The notes: generated by a model not told the origin, from the sequence alone. A stretch of 63,980 nucleotides of DNA, filler included, from Hyphochytrium catenoides (GCA_900088475.1; 15 parts of 15 records of this genome joined end to end with filler, not necessarily neighbours in it); one strand, 5' to 3'. Counted from the whole stretch's first letter, positions 24,141-37,073 are shown. Numbers and translations: made by a program.

Positions 24141-25749
24141 AAAGAGAGAGAGAGAGAGGGAGAGAGAGAGACAAGATTCCAAGCATAATTCTCAAGTGAG
24201 AACAGCTGTATCCAAACGATCCTACTCCGTATTTTGTAACTTCAATTACCCCAAAATAGCCCAATTCGGGTCAGTAACCGAATCTAGAACCAAGGGAAAG
24301 CCCAAGTCTTCCAATTCAAAATAACGAAGTCTCCCTTTAGAGTTTCTTATTTCTTTATAATCGTTTCTAAAGTACTGAAATCGGTTGTCATCCCCCAAAC
24401 ATGGAAAGGTTCTGATGCTCATGCTCATCTCCTCTGCTGTCCCTGCTGCTAGTCTTCAAAGTGCTTGGTCTTCTGAAGTCTTCGTAGGCTGGACGCCGCG
24501 CGAGAGTGGCAGCGCCGCGCCGGTGCCGCTCGGTTGAGAAGCCGATGAGGTCGCCTAGCGGTTGTGAGAAGGCTAAGGAAACAGACATCGCACTTGTGAT
24601 GGTATGAGCGGTGTGAATTGTCCAATGCCCGCTAGTCTATATGCCGATATCGGCCTTCAGTTTCAAGCACGAGGTTTGGCTCGACGTGCACTATGATAGC
24701 TGTCATTGGGAGACGCAGAATAAAGCAAATGAATAGCTGAAGCCCATCTCCTGAAGAGCGTTCTCTTCCTTTTCTTGAGCAGGGGCAACTTATGGCAAGC
24801 TGCGCTATTACTCTTCTCGCCAGGGTGTGAGCGAAGAGGTGTCGAGCCTGGAGAGCCAAAAGCGAATGAGACGTCCCAATGATCTGCCGTTTTCCGTCCA
24901 GACCACTGGTTTCTCGACCTCTAAAGCCGACTCCCTCCGTACCACAGCACCCGTCCAGATGCCGGACGCCAAGTCCTCGTAGCTTCACGAATAGCTCCCA
25001 CTCACTGGCCTAGCTGCATGGTAGAACTGCAGATCAAGTCTGAAAGCGAGCAAACACTGTTGACTAGACGAGTGGACTCCTCTAGAGTATGGATTGAAAA
25101 GCCAAGTCATTTGTCGCTTAGCGCCAGACACGAGCTGGCAGCGGCCCCAGACTGCGGCTGTCGGGCATTAGACGAATCCTTAGCGATCCTACGACTAAGG
25201 CAATGACTGCTGTCAGCGTTTAGAACTTGGCAAAGATGCGAGATGCATCGATGACTACTTAGGTCTTGATCAGTTTCTCTCTCGTTGAGGCTCTCTCGGA
25301 GAGTTTTCAATCCTCTCTAACAGCTGTGTCAAAGACCAAATCCTCATCATCTCTGGCCTGTTATTGCTGCTTCTCCATCCTTCAAGTCCCGTTACGGGCA
25401 GGAAACAAAAATTTCTTCTAACGTTCCCACCGCAACGACTCTGATCGCTGCCTCTTGCCATCATCGTCAAAGGTGGATGGCGTTCAAAGAACAGGCAAGT
25501 GACCAGGATCATACAAGAAATGTAGTGTCATATGGGGAGCTCCAGCACACTACTAGGAATAGGCTAACAGAGCTAACTGGAAGATCCCAATTGTTCTACC
25601 AGTCTCCGATGTAAAAGCTGCAGCCTCACAACAGAGAGATGACAAGGACATCAGGACCGAGAGTAGATGAAAGCAAAGACAGAAGGAAAATCGGAGCTAA
25701 AGACAATTGAGAGGCTTTCTCCAGTAGCCTCAGGCTCCTGCTCATTCAG

Positions 25750-27185
25750 CCGGCAGTGGGACGGGGTATGGCATTAGGTGCTTGAAGTGAACTGCCACTC
25801 GTCTGGGGTGCTTTAGCTTTCGTCCCGTTGTCCACCGTCTCATCAACTCCTTGAATGGCTTGGTCTACCAGGAGACGGAAGATATCTTCTCTAAGACTTC
25901 ATCGCGTCCGCCCACTTCGCTGAAAGATCATCCTACTTGACTCCCTCTGACTGCAGGCGCTTCAGTGAACCCAGTCACCGACAGAGAAGGTGATGACTTC
26001 AGCCTGGGCTGTAACTGGCGTATTCTGCCGGTTCTTGACTCCTTCCGAGTACTGTTCCGAGCGTCTACGACATCTTTCCGATAAGCTCCCAGAGGGTTCT
26101 TGATAACGTCAGAAATCTGGTTGAATCTTCTGGTAGGTAAGTCATCTGGTAACGTCAGCTGCGCAGGGAATCGTGGTTCCCTTACACAATAATGCAGAAA
26201 GAAGGGAGAATAACCGGTCGCGCTGCGTACCGAACTTCTGTAGGCCAGACGTGAGGGTTGTGAAGCTCATCCCAGTCATTTTGCTCTGTGCAGTTAATGC
26301 TACCAATGGAGTTAGCTACTAGGAGACTCAGCCAGGCTTCTGACTTTGTCAAGCACTCTCTGAGAGCTTACCGGAAGGCCCTCAGATAAGCTCGGAACAG
26401 TACTCGAGGAGTCAGGAAGCAGCAGAAATAATATGACAGTTACAATCTTAGCCTAAAGTCATCTCCTCCTCTGTCGGTGATTCAGGAGCTACCGGAGTGG
26501 CAGAGCTTTCTATTAGGTCCTTGCGGAGAAGATCCTGAGTTTTTTGTTGGAAAGGAGCAAAACGACTGGGATGAGCTTCGCAATGCTCACCTAATGGCCT
26601 ACAGAGTCTCGGTACACAGCCGTAGTGCTTCCCTCCTGATAGGCCATTATGGTCTCAACTGGCTAGGTGTTCCCAACCGAGGTCCGGAGAGCCGAAGAGT
26701 AAAGGTAAACGACTCCATCACAGGTGGTAATTGGGTCTCCTCCCTCAACAAGAATTGAAATTGGTGCATCCTAGTAATAGTGGACGTTGTCAGCAAGTGG
26801 TTAGAATTATTTGCTCTTCCGGTCATTGAGACAACGACGGTAGCGAGAACCCCAGTGGAACAGATTCCTCTAGGAGTCCCATGCCAAAGATGGTGCCACC
26901 TCACTCAACGAATCCACGATCGTGGAGGAGATCGATCTCATCTTAGGAGTGGAACGCAATAAGCCATGTCCTCAGCGGCTTATTATAATCAATCGATGTC
27001 CAGAGACCCGAAGAATAAAATTGAACGTCTCCATCTCAGGTGCTAATTGGCATTCCCGCTCAGCAAATGGAAAGTGGTACACCCTAAAAATAGCGGTCGT
27101 TGTCAGCAAGCGGCTAACAGCTTTTGCTCTCCCGGACATTGAGGCAAAGACGGTAGCGAGAACTCCACTGGTCGGTTATCTGTGA
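25750..27185. mobile_element. Scrambled, degenerate Ty3/Gypsy integrase fragments in both orientations
   Basis: Minus about 26170-26300: EQNDWDEL...LAYRSSVRSATGYSPFFL..REPRFP. Plus 26555-26620: EQNDWDELRNAHLMAYRVSVHS. Plus 26760-26870: ILVIVDVVSKWLELFALPVIETTTVART. Plus 27060-27175: NGKWYTLKIAVVVSKRLTAFALPDIEAKTVART. Confidence 0.8.
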
Positions 27186-27609
27186 TTTGTTTCCACGTGT
27201 CGCGCTATTTTTACCTCTTCCTCCGGTCCATACTGCTTCCTGTTCCTCATCGCACCTCAGTAGGGCGTGGTCAAACAATTATCTCTTGCTTGAATCCCTC
27301 ATCGTCCCTCAGTCGTCTGCTCTTGTGCTTCTTCTGTCGCTTTCTCTTGAGCTCCTCATCANNNNNNNNNNNNNNNNNNNNNNNNNNNNNNNNNNNNNNN
27401 NNNNNTTAATTAATTAANNNNNNNNNNNNNNNNNNNNNNNNNNNNNNNNNNNNNNNNNNNNGCTCTAATGTGTCTCTCCCTCGACACATTTCCCTTTCTC
27501 AGCATGCCTCCCCTTCATCTCTCTCTCTCTCTCTCTCTTTCTCTCTTCCAAGCATTAGTCCGGTTACTCGGCCAGTACTAAGCCCTTTCTCTCCTGCCAC
27601 AACCGGTAG

Positions 27610-29374
27610 GAGTCTCTGTCTCCCGGTACAATGTCTTTCGTGGTAGATGCTGAGCTGGTGGCTGTCGACCGGAGAGATAAAGAGAAACCTCCCGTCATTC
27701 TTCCCTTTCAGACTCTCAGTAACCGACCAAAGAAGATGAGGGAAGGAGAGGGAACTGACATCACCGTCTGCGCCTTTCTCTTTGATCTGATGGTGTTGAA
27801 CGATGAGCCATTGCTCACCGCGCCCTTCAGAGAGAGAAGGAAGAAGTAAGCTGGACTCTCACCCACTCTCTCTTTCTGTGTATGTGTGTGTGTCTCTCTC
27901 TCTCTCCCTCGCTCGCTCGCTCTTTTCTCTCTTCCTCACCCCCAATCGCCCCCCGCTCCTTCTCTCTCCTTTTCTCTACCTCCAATCCGCACCGCTCTTC
28001 TCTTTTCTTTCTTCTCTCCTTGTACCTCTTCTCCCCTTCTCTGCGTGCGTCCCTCTCTCTCACTTCCACCACCCGCCGTGAACTTTGCGACCAGGCTGAT
28101 GGAGGCTTTCAAGCCCGTGGATGGATGTCTGACCTTCACCACGAGCCTAGAAGCCAGTGCCATCGGCCCTTCGTCATCTTCTCTCTCTTCTCTCCCTTCC
28201 ACTTCACCAACCCCATCTTCTTCCCTGACGGAAGAGAAAGAAGAGAAGTCAGAAGAAGAGACGGAAATGCTAGTTAGCAGCTTCCTCACAGAGTCAATAG
28301 AAAATAACTGCGAAGGACTGATGTGCAAGGTCTCACTCTTCGTCCCCTTTCTATGCTGTTCCACATGGCGGAAGTTGTTATTCTCNNNNNNNNNNNNNNN
28401 NNNNNNNNNNNNNNNNNNNNNNNNNNNNNNNNNNNNNNNNNNNNNNNNNNTCTCGCCTCTCTCTCTTTGTTCTGCCTGCTGGTTTCCATCTCCACGTCAC
28501 CATCTCTCTACTATTCTTGATGATCGTCCCTCTTCGTAGGTCTCACCTATAACTCTCACTGACTTTTCCTTACCTCCACTCTTTTCTCTTTTCCTCTTCT
28601 CTCTCGTCCCCTCTTCTCTCTCTCTCTCTCTCTGTCTTTCTTTCTCTTTCCTTCTGTCTCTGTCTCCTTTTTCTTCATGTTCAGCTGTTGGATGGTCCTC
28701 AGAGTAGCTATGAGGCGGACAAACGGACCGGTTCTTGGCTAAAGTTGAAGAAAGATTACCTCGCAACGCTGCACGAATCCATTGATCTTGTTCCTATCGG
28801 TGAGTCAAAGAGAAAAATGAAGAGGGAGAAGGAGAAGAGAAAGGTAGAGATTGGAAGGGAGCCAAGAGCATCTAGGGACATTGCGAGAGAGAGAGAGAGA
28901 GCCAAAGCCGGTGCTCACACAAAGGATGGTGGCTAAAGCCTGGTCGCTTAGCTCTCTCCTCTCTCTCTTTCACTCTTTCACTCTCTCACTCTCCCACTCT
29001 CNNNNNNNNNNNNNNNNNNNNNNNNNNNNNNNNNNNNNNNNNNNNNNNNNNNNNNNNNNNGCAAAGCCGGCTGGTTCTCTCCTTTTCTTCTTGCAGCGTA
29101 TAACCGAGAGAAAGGAGAGTTAGAGAGCGTCTGTCGCTGTATGTCCGGCTTCACCGACGAGTTCTATAAGAGAAAGACAGAGGAATATAAGACCAAGATC
29201 TCCGATAAACAGAAGGTAAGAAGAGAGAAGAGCTGGGGCACAGCCAGTGACAGAGAGAGGAAGAAAGAAGCAAAGCGGTGCAGCCTAGTTGTTTCTTCGT
29301 ATTGGACCTGACCCTTCCACTGCCTCTGCACTTCCACGCCTCTCTCTTTCTCTCTCTCTTTTTCTCTCTAATTT

Positions 29375-29417
<43 letters not shown>

Positions 29418-29736
29418 GTCTCTCTCTCTCTCTTTTTTCTTTATGCCTCTATGTCTCCGCTTTTGGTCCAACGTCAGTCCTACATCATCACCAACGAAGC
29501 TCCTTCAGTCTGGTTTGAACCGTGCGAGGTAATGCTTCCGTTCCTCTTTTTGGCTCTCTTTCCTCTCTCTCCCTCTTTCTCTCTTTCTTATACTCTGACA
29601 CTTACCATTGCTCTTGTTTGCTTCTCTCCTGACGTCTTCATCTTTCTGTTCATCTTGATCACTGTTTTCTCTTCTCCCTCCTCACCCTTTGCTTCTTATC
29701 TTTTCCCTTCCCTGTCCCCCAGGTGTGGGAGATCCG
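27610..29736 (+). CDS. ATP-dependent DNA ligase (Lig1 family, LIG6/Adl1-type), internal fragment
   Basis: Exons about 27610-27845, 28095-28329, 28685-28799, (gap)-29214, 29478-29528 and 29723-29736 carry VVDAELVA, FLFDLM, CEGLMCK, WLKLKKDY, DLVPIG, KAGWFSPFLLA, SVCRCMSGFTDEFY and VWFEPCEVWEI. Confidence 0.92.
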
Positions 29737-29836
29737 NNNNNNNNNNNNNNNNNNNNNNNNNNNNNNNNNNNNNNNNNNNNTTAATTAATTAANNNNNNNN
29801 NNNNNNNNNNNNNNNNNNNNNNNNNNNNNNNNNNNN

Positions 29837-29902
29837 GAGTGAAAGGCAGTGAGGGGCGGGTAGTCCAAGCCCCAGTACTATAAAGTGAAGAATAATGCAG
29901 AG

Positions 29903-29956
<54 letters not shown>

Positions 29957-30252
29957 CACAGCAAGGAAGAGAGATATGAGAAAGATAATAAGGACCACAA
30001 TAAAATCAAAGGGAGAGGAAGAGAGGCAGATGAGAAGAGATTACTTCTGGAAGACAAGGGTCAAGGAAGGAAGAGTCTGCTAACGAAGAATAGAGAGACA
30101 CAGAGAGACCGGAAAAAAGACTCTCTCTCTCCTCTTGTCTGTCTGTGTCTCTCTCTACCTCTTCTCCCCTATGCTTTGATCTGCGTCTCCACGATTATTT
30201 GCTTCTCTCTTTCCTTCCTGTCTCTCCCTCCTTCTCCCCTCTCCCCTTCCCA

Positions 30253-30285
<33 letters not shown>

Positions 30286-30701
30286 CCTACCTGCAAGTCA
30301 TTCTGCGGAGTGTCTCTGTACCAGTCACCGAGAGGGAGAGAAGAGGTGATCTCCATCCAATGTCGCTGCGCCTCATAATCCCCGTACAGCGGGGGAGTTG
30401 ACATGCCTAACAGGAGCGGGAGAGGCGGAGTGAGAGATTGATGAGAGAAGAGAGAGAGACAGAGAAAGAGAGAGAGAGTGTGTGTGTGTGTGAGCGAGAG
30501 AGCGAGCGAGCGAGAGAGAGAAAGAGAGAGAGAGAGAAAGAGAGAGCGAGCGAGCGAGAGAGAGAGAGAGAGAAAGAGGAACGGGAGAAGAAGAAACGTA
30601 AGGGGAAAGTGGGTTCCCATCTTCCTAATGAGAGGGAGAGAGGAGAGACAGCGAGAGGAAGCAGCAGTGAAGGAAGAATAGAGGAAGAAAGGAAGGAAGG
30701 A

Positions 30702-30732
<31 letters not shown>

Positions 30733-30866
30733 TGAGAACCTGAGTAGGGATGAAGAGACACGAGGTAGCGGACAAGGAGAGCTGTCAATCCGATGAGGAG
30801 AGAGACAGACTTCGGGTAGTCCTGCAGAATGTTAAGCAAATCCTGAAGAGAAGGAGAGAACGCCAT
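29837..30866 (-). CDS. ALG6: Dolichyl-PP-Man9GlcNAc2 alpha-1,3-glucosyltransferase, 3' partial
   Basis: Exons 30866-30740, 30406-30291 and 29877-29837: VSLHPYSG|MSTPPLYGDYEAQRHWMEITSSLPLGDWYRDTPQNDLQ|YWGLDYPPLTAFH. Confidence 0.93.
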
Positions 30867-31213
30867 GGCTCCACAGGAAAGATATGACTCTTTCCCTTTT
30901 TTACTGTCTCTCTCCTTCTTCTTCTTTTTCCTCTCTCTCTACCGGACGGATGAGGGGTAGAGCGCCAGAGGCAAGCCGAAAGAAAGAGAGCGATGGAAGG
31001 AGAGAGAGAGAGAGAACAGAAGAAACTAAGAGAGATTCTGACCAGTTAGGGAGAAGAGAGAGAAAGAAAGAGAGAGGACAGTCGGCGGATGCTACTCGTA
31101 AGACTGGGAGCGACGCTGGTGAAGGAGAGAGAGAAGAAGGACGAAAGGACAGACAAAGAGACTTCCAAGCAAGACATCTAGTCCCCAAGGCAGAGGATGG
31201 GGGTCGAGAGAAG

Positions 31214-31267
<54 letters not shown>

Positions 31268-31648
31268 GGAGAGAACTGAGAGAGAAGCAAACCAAAGGAT
31301 TTCCCGCTCCATCTACAGAGCCTTCAACGGCTTAATATGTTCGTTGTTGTTGTTGTGCCACGAAACTATGGTCAGGGGACGGTGTACAACTGCCACTACC
31401 GTTTTGGAGCTTGTGACTCTTCTCTTCTTTCGTGTCTTCCGCACCTTCTCTCTCTCTCTCTCTCTCTCNNNNNNNNNNNNNNNNNNNNNNNNNNNNNNNN
31501 NNNNNNNNNNNNNNNNNNNNNNNNNNNNNNNNNNNNNNNNNNNNNNNNNNNNNNNNNNNNNNNNNNNNNNNNNNNNCTCTCTCTCTCTTTTCTCTCTCTT
31601 CTCTCTCTCTCTCTCTCTCTCTCTATTCTCTCTCTATTCTCTCTCTAT

Positions 31649-31679
<31 letters not shown>

Positions 31680-31954
31680 TATCCTCTTGTATCTTCTCCA
31701 CCGACCACGGCTCTACCCTTCTTCGGTTAAGCTCGACCCATCCTCCTCTCGCTCATTTTGCCGCTGTCGTTCATTCTTCCTCCCTCGCTTGCCCATACTG
31801 ATCGTTCTTTCACCAGCATCTCATCACCACCACGTGCCCTCCTCTCTCTCCTCTTTCTCTCTCTCTCTCTTTTTCTTCTCCCTTCCGCAGCAGCCCCGCT
31901 GTCTCTTTCACTCTCGTGTCCTATTCTGGGTCTCTCTCTCCCTCTCTCTCTGTC

Positions 31955-31999
<45 letters not shown>

Positions 32000-32399
32000 G
32001 TCTCTCTTGGAAGATAAATAACGAGGAACCGCTTTGCTCAGCTCTTTTACTTTCTTTGACCATAAGATAGAATGGCAATAAATAATAGCTTAATGTGCCT
32101 TGATAAGACTAAGACAGAGAGAGAGAGAGAGAGAAAGAGACGAGAGAAAGAGCACTGCTGATAAATGGAGAGAGGACAGCGGAGACAGGGAACGGCCTTC
32201 TAACAAAATAGTAATCTCTCTCTCTCTCTCCTTTCCCGCGTTCACTCCTCCTTTCCATCCCTTCTAAGCTTGACATGCAGCGCAACTTGTTTTACCACCG
32301 AAAGAAAGGGAAGCGCGGATATGTCTTTCTCTCTCTCTCTCTCTCTCTCTCCGCCTGGTTTCCAGTTAGTTTCCCTCTTTCTCCGTCTCTTGGTTCTGT

Positions 32400-33859
32400 C
32401 TACATCACCAGCAGCCCTCTCTTGGAGAAGAAAGTCATGGCTCCAGCGAAGAAGAGAATCATGACGACAATCATCAGGCCATTGATAAGGTAGAAGGCTG
32501 ACATACTCTCTTCCCATCCGCTGTAGATATTCATTCCTATCATGCAAGGGAGAGAGATGAGGGAGGAGAGAACACAGGCACAAGCCGTGAGAGAGAGAGA
32601 AGAAAATAGAAAGGCAGAGAGAAAGAAAGAGCAAGAGAGATAGAGAGAGAGCACAGAGAGAGGAAGCGAGAGAAGAGAGAGAGAGAGAAGAGAAACGCAT
32701 GTACATCACTAGATATTGCAATACAACGCAATGAAAGACAAGCGAGAGCAGAAAGGGAGAGAGAGAGAAAAGAGAAACACGCAGGGCGAGAGAGAGACAC
32801 AAAAAGAGAGAGAGAGACAACGAGATAGAAGCCAGAGGGAGAGACCGCGGCCAAACTGATAAGGAGGCTGAAGCCTCGACCCCAAAAAAACATAATGAAG
32901 TCAGAGCTCTGAGTATTCATAAAGTCTTTGGAATAGCATCTGCAGATTTCGACAGGAGATCTGCAGATTTTTCCAGACGGAGACGTACCGAAGATCCCAG
33001 TGATGAGCATGCCAAAGGCCATAGTCAGACCAGAGAGATTCAACACCATGTCTGCCGTCAGGAGATAGTTCCGAACGGAGTCGAGCTTCAGCATCACCAT
33101 GCTCTCAGAGTTATCCACGTTAGACCGCACCAGCTCAATACGGCTGCGTAAGGAATGCATTTCCTGCGTGTTTAGGTGGAGAGCAATGATGAAGAAGTTT
33201 AGCTTCTCTCTTTCGCTCTCTCTCTCTCTCTCGTCGTCCCTCTCTCTCTCTCTCTCTCCCTCTCTCATCCTATCTCTTTCGATCTGTTGAACTATCTTGC
33301 CTTCATGTCTGTCAGTATTTTGGCATCGCAGTTTGGTCAGGCTTTTTGACGCCTCCTCTTTATAGGGGAGTCTCTCTCTCCCTCCCTCTCTCTCTCTCTC
33401 TCTATGTCTCTCTCTCTGTCTCTCACTCCCTGTCTCTCACTCTCTGTCTCTCTGTCTCTCTCTCTCTCTTTCCTCTCTCTCTCTGTGTAGCCCTTTCTTC
33501 CATCCCCTCATCTATCTGTCCAGCTGAAAGTCGGTTCCCTTGTACTCTCGCGTTTACCTGCAAGTACGTCTCAAGTAGCATTTCCGCATCTTCATAGTCA
33601 AGAATGCTGGTGATCTCTCCTTTGGCTAACTGTTGAAGGAGAGCGAGGAGTTAATTGGTCGGAGAAGGAGTGAAGAGAGAGAAAGAGAGAGAGAGAGAAG
33701 AGACACGCCAGTGAAAGGAAGACAGTAATCAACTAAAACCGCGTGAGAGAGAGAGAGAGAGACAGGAGGGGTCGAGAGCGACCGAGAGTATATATCTAAT
33801 TGGGAAAAAGGAAAGAGACAGACCCGGGACGACAAGACAAAGATTAGCGAGAAAAGAAG

Positions 33860-33903
<44 letters not shown>

Positions 33904-34063
33904 AGGGAGCAAAAGAGCGGGAGAGCGACTTACAGTCGGAGAGAATGTAACAACTTTTATAAATATATGAAAAGAGAGACAGAGACCGTAAGAGAGAGAG
34001 AGAGAGTCAACGGTAGGTACCTTGGTAAGGTGTAACATCTGCAGATCTTCCTCATTGTCCATC
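32400..34063 (-). CDS. MRS2: MRS2/CorA-family magnesium transporter, 5' partial
   Basis: Exons: DNEEDLQMLHLTK | ...EDAEMLLETYLQ | ...LKLDSVRNYLLTADMVL...LITGIF | GMNIYSGWEE...RGLLVM*. The GMN motif closes TM1. Confidence 0.9.
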
Positions 34064-34163
34064 NNNNNNNNNNNNNNNNNNNNNNNNNNNNNNNNNNNNN
34101 NNNNNNNTTAATTAATTAANNNNNNNNNNNNNNNNNNNNNNNNNNNNNNNNNNNNNNNNNNNN

Positions 34164-35410
34164 TGCTCGGCGTCAAGATCTTGAGGCTAGTGGGGTCCCG
34201 CTGACTAAAAAGGGACTTCCAGATCTTAGAACTAAAGAGGCCAAACAGTGGGTGCAGGTTCAAGCTGAGACCTACAAAGCATCCCATACGGTCCCCAACT
34301 GGATTCCTAAAAAGAAAGACGGCACACCAGACTTCCGTAAGGCTGTTACTCGAGCCTTCTTCAAAGACGAGGACTCGGCACCGCCTCCCCCTGCGCGTGA
34401 GACGTACTACGAGCGCAGGATCGAGATAGAAGAGTTCTTGCATGAGGTTTTGGAGCAAATGCGCCGGGAGGTGGTACAAGTTCAAGAGCCTATGAGACTG
34501 GAGGCTACGGACCGGCTGCGGCAAGAGTTTGAAAGAGTCAGTGTTTCTCCCGGCACTACTCCAAACGATGCTGAACCCAGCGGTGCGTCGTCCCTACAGC
34601 TGCCACAATCCATTCTGCAGCTCAACTACACCGATTTGGACATGACTTCGGAAAAGCCGCTGGGGAGAGGAAGCTTCGGCGTGGTTGTAAAAGGGCAATG
34701 GAAAGGCAAAGAGGTGGGTGTAAAGCGCTTGCATCAATCTAAGCTCTCAAAGCGAGAGAAGGCTGCATTCATCAAAGAGACAACGATTCTGGCTTGTCTG
34801 GGAGAGCATGAGAATATCGTCCGGCTGCACGGATACACGCTGGAGCCACTGACTCTCGTAATGGAATATGTTGAGCTCGGCAGCCTCTCTTACTTGCTTC
34901 ATTATTGTGAGGAGACTGCCATTGAGGCCAAGATAACGGATGGGCGTATCAAGAAGAATCTTGTCCTGGGAATCGCTTACGGAATGGCCCAGCTGCACTC
35001 TTCGGGAGTAACGCACGGAGATCTTAAGCCTCAGAATGTCTTGGTAACGAATGCCTTCAGCGCAAAAATCGCCGATTTTGGTCTCGCCACACTCAGGTCA
35101 AAAGCAGGGACTTCTGTCTCGTCCCACATCGTTACAGCCTCTTCAGCTGACTTAGATGATGATGACGACGACGCCAACAATCATGGAGTTGGAGGAGTGT
35201 GTGGCACTGCGGGTTATATGGCGCCAGAGCTTCTCAATCCTCAAGTGATGGCGAGTCAGAGCACCGACGTGTTCTCCTTCGGAGTCCTACTTAACGAAAT
35301 ACTGCAAGAAGAAGAGCCTTACTATGAGAAGCTCCATCAATTTCACGGCAAGGGCCCATTTGCAGCGGTTAACTATGCCAAGGAAGGTAATCGGCCCGCC
35401 GTCAACCTCA
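34164..35410 (+). CDS. TKL-group protein kinase (non-RD), intronless fragment open at both contig ends
   Basis: LGRGSFGVV, VGVK, HENIV, HGDLKPQN, DFG, GTAGYMAPE, DVFSFG. The frame is open from the contig edge, so the GTG at 34252 is not the start. Confidence 0.92.
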
Positions 35411-36056
35411 NNNNNNNNNNNNNNNNNNNNNNNNNNNNNNNNNNNNNNNNNNNNTTAATTAATTAANNNNNNNNNNNNNNNNNNNNNNNNNNNNNNNNNN
35501 NNNNNNNNNNGAGGAACAGGGGAAGACAGTAGGATGTGAAGAAGAGTTGATCACGCCTTTCTCTTTCGGTGCTCTCTGCCTCGCTTCATGCCAAGGCTGG
35601 CCCAATGATGAGCTCTTCTCGTCTGTCTCTCTCCTGGGCAAGGAGTTGGCGGAAAGGCTACGAAGAGAAGCGCCTGAGCTGGCCATGCCGGAGAAAGAGA
35701 GAGAGAGAAGGGAAGCAAGGTTGGCTCTACAATGTATAGGGGATAAGAATCAGAGAGACCTCCTTCTTGGGCTCTTTTGCTGATGGGTCAGAGAGAAGAG
35801 AATAGAGTAAAAGGGCCATAGGAGACAGGGATCAAAGGAGAGGAGAGAAAGACAGAGCGAGAGAGAGACCGAGAGAGAAAGAGAGACCGAGAGAGGGAGA
35901 GAGACCGAGAGAGAGGACTGGGGAGGAGGAATGGGGGACTTTGATGGTACGCACTCTTTATCTCGAGGGTAGACGCTATTTATTTAAGTCTAGACGGACT
36001 TCTAAAAGCTGTGTGTTCGTGCAAAGATATGGATAAACTTAGAGAGGGAGAGAGGT

Positions 36057-36247
36057 CTAGACTGGGATGCCAGCAAGCTCTCTCTCTCCCGGCTTCACCA
36101 TTTCTCCATCAATCTTCTGCACTTGAGGAAGTCGCTTCAAGACCTGAGGAAACAGAGGGTCAGAGACAACACTTTCCCAGCTCAAGCGAGCCACCGGCTC
36201 CTTGTGACTGTTCATAATCCTCATTTAATTCCGTCCTCTCTCTCTCG

Positions 36248-36319
<72 letters not shown>

Positions 36320-37073
36320 TCCCTTTCCCTTGCTCGTTTCGCTCCATGGCCTAATGTGCCACGTTCTATAAGTTGCATCGCTCTCCCGTTTATTCCTTTC
36401 TCTCTCTCTCTCTCTTGCTTACCTCAACTCTATAATCCTCTTTAGAGAGTCCTTCGCACATGATGTTTCCCGTGAATAGGACATCCCGTAGTTCGGACAA
36501 TCCTTTCTATAGAGGGGAGAGAGAGAGAGAGGGAGGAGATAGAAGGGACATGGAGGTCGTTTGTCAAAACGAGAAGCATCCTTAAGGACAGAGATAAAGA
36601 TAGCAGGCTTGGATGGAGAGAGAAGCTCTTACCAGCTTGAGAAGTTCATCGAAGTTCTTGATCTGGTTGTTACTCATATAAAGAACCTGCAGTATGGAGA
36701 GAGAGAACGAGCGAGAGAGAGGAGGGGAGAGCCGAAGAGCTACACGGCGTGAGATGGAGAGCGAGAGAGAGAGAGAGACATGGAAAGACTGAGAGAGAGA
36801 GCGGAGAAAGAGAGCGAAGTATAAAGGTGGGAGTGATTGAGAGAAGACGAGAGACAGAGAGGGCGACGTGCCTGCAGCTTGGTGAGTGACTGTAGGCCAT
36901 CTAGAGAGTTGATCTGATTGTAAGAGAGCCAAAGCTCCTGAAGCGTGGCGGCGTTGTCCTCCAGCTTCTCGATCTTCTTCAGCTGATTCCGCCCAAGAGA
37001 GAGAATCCGAAGCTTCTTCATCCCACTCAATGGGATCAAACGGTCGATCGAGTTCGTAGAAAGAGAGAGATGT
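36057..37073 (-). CDS. DNAL1: Axonemal outer-arm dynein light chain 1 (LRR); 5' exon(s) not visible
   Basis: Exons 37073-36872, 36686-36633, 36506-36423 and about 36143-36057: HLSLSTNSIDRLIPLSGMKKLRILSLGRNQLKKIE...ELWLSYNQI...|VLYMSNNQIK...|...DVLFTGN...|VLKRLPQVQKIDGEMV. Confidence 0.93.

Noticed and set aside
35511-35783. Possible last exon of a plus-strand gene
   Set aside because: Too short, and no identifiable motif.
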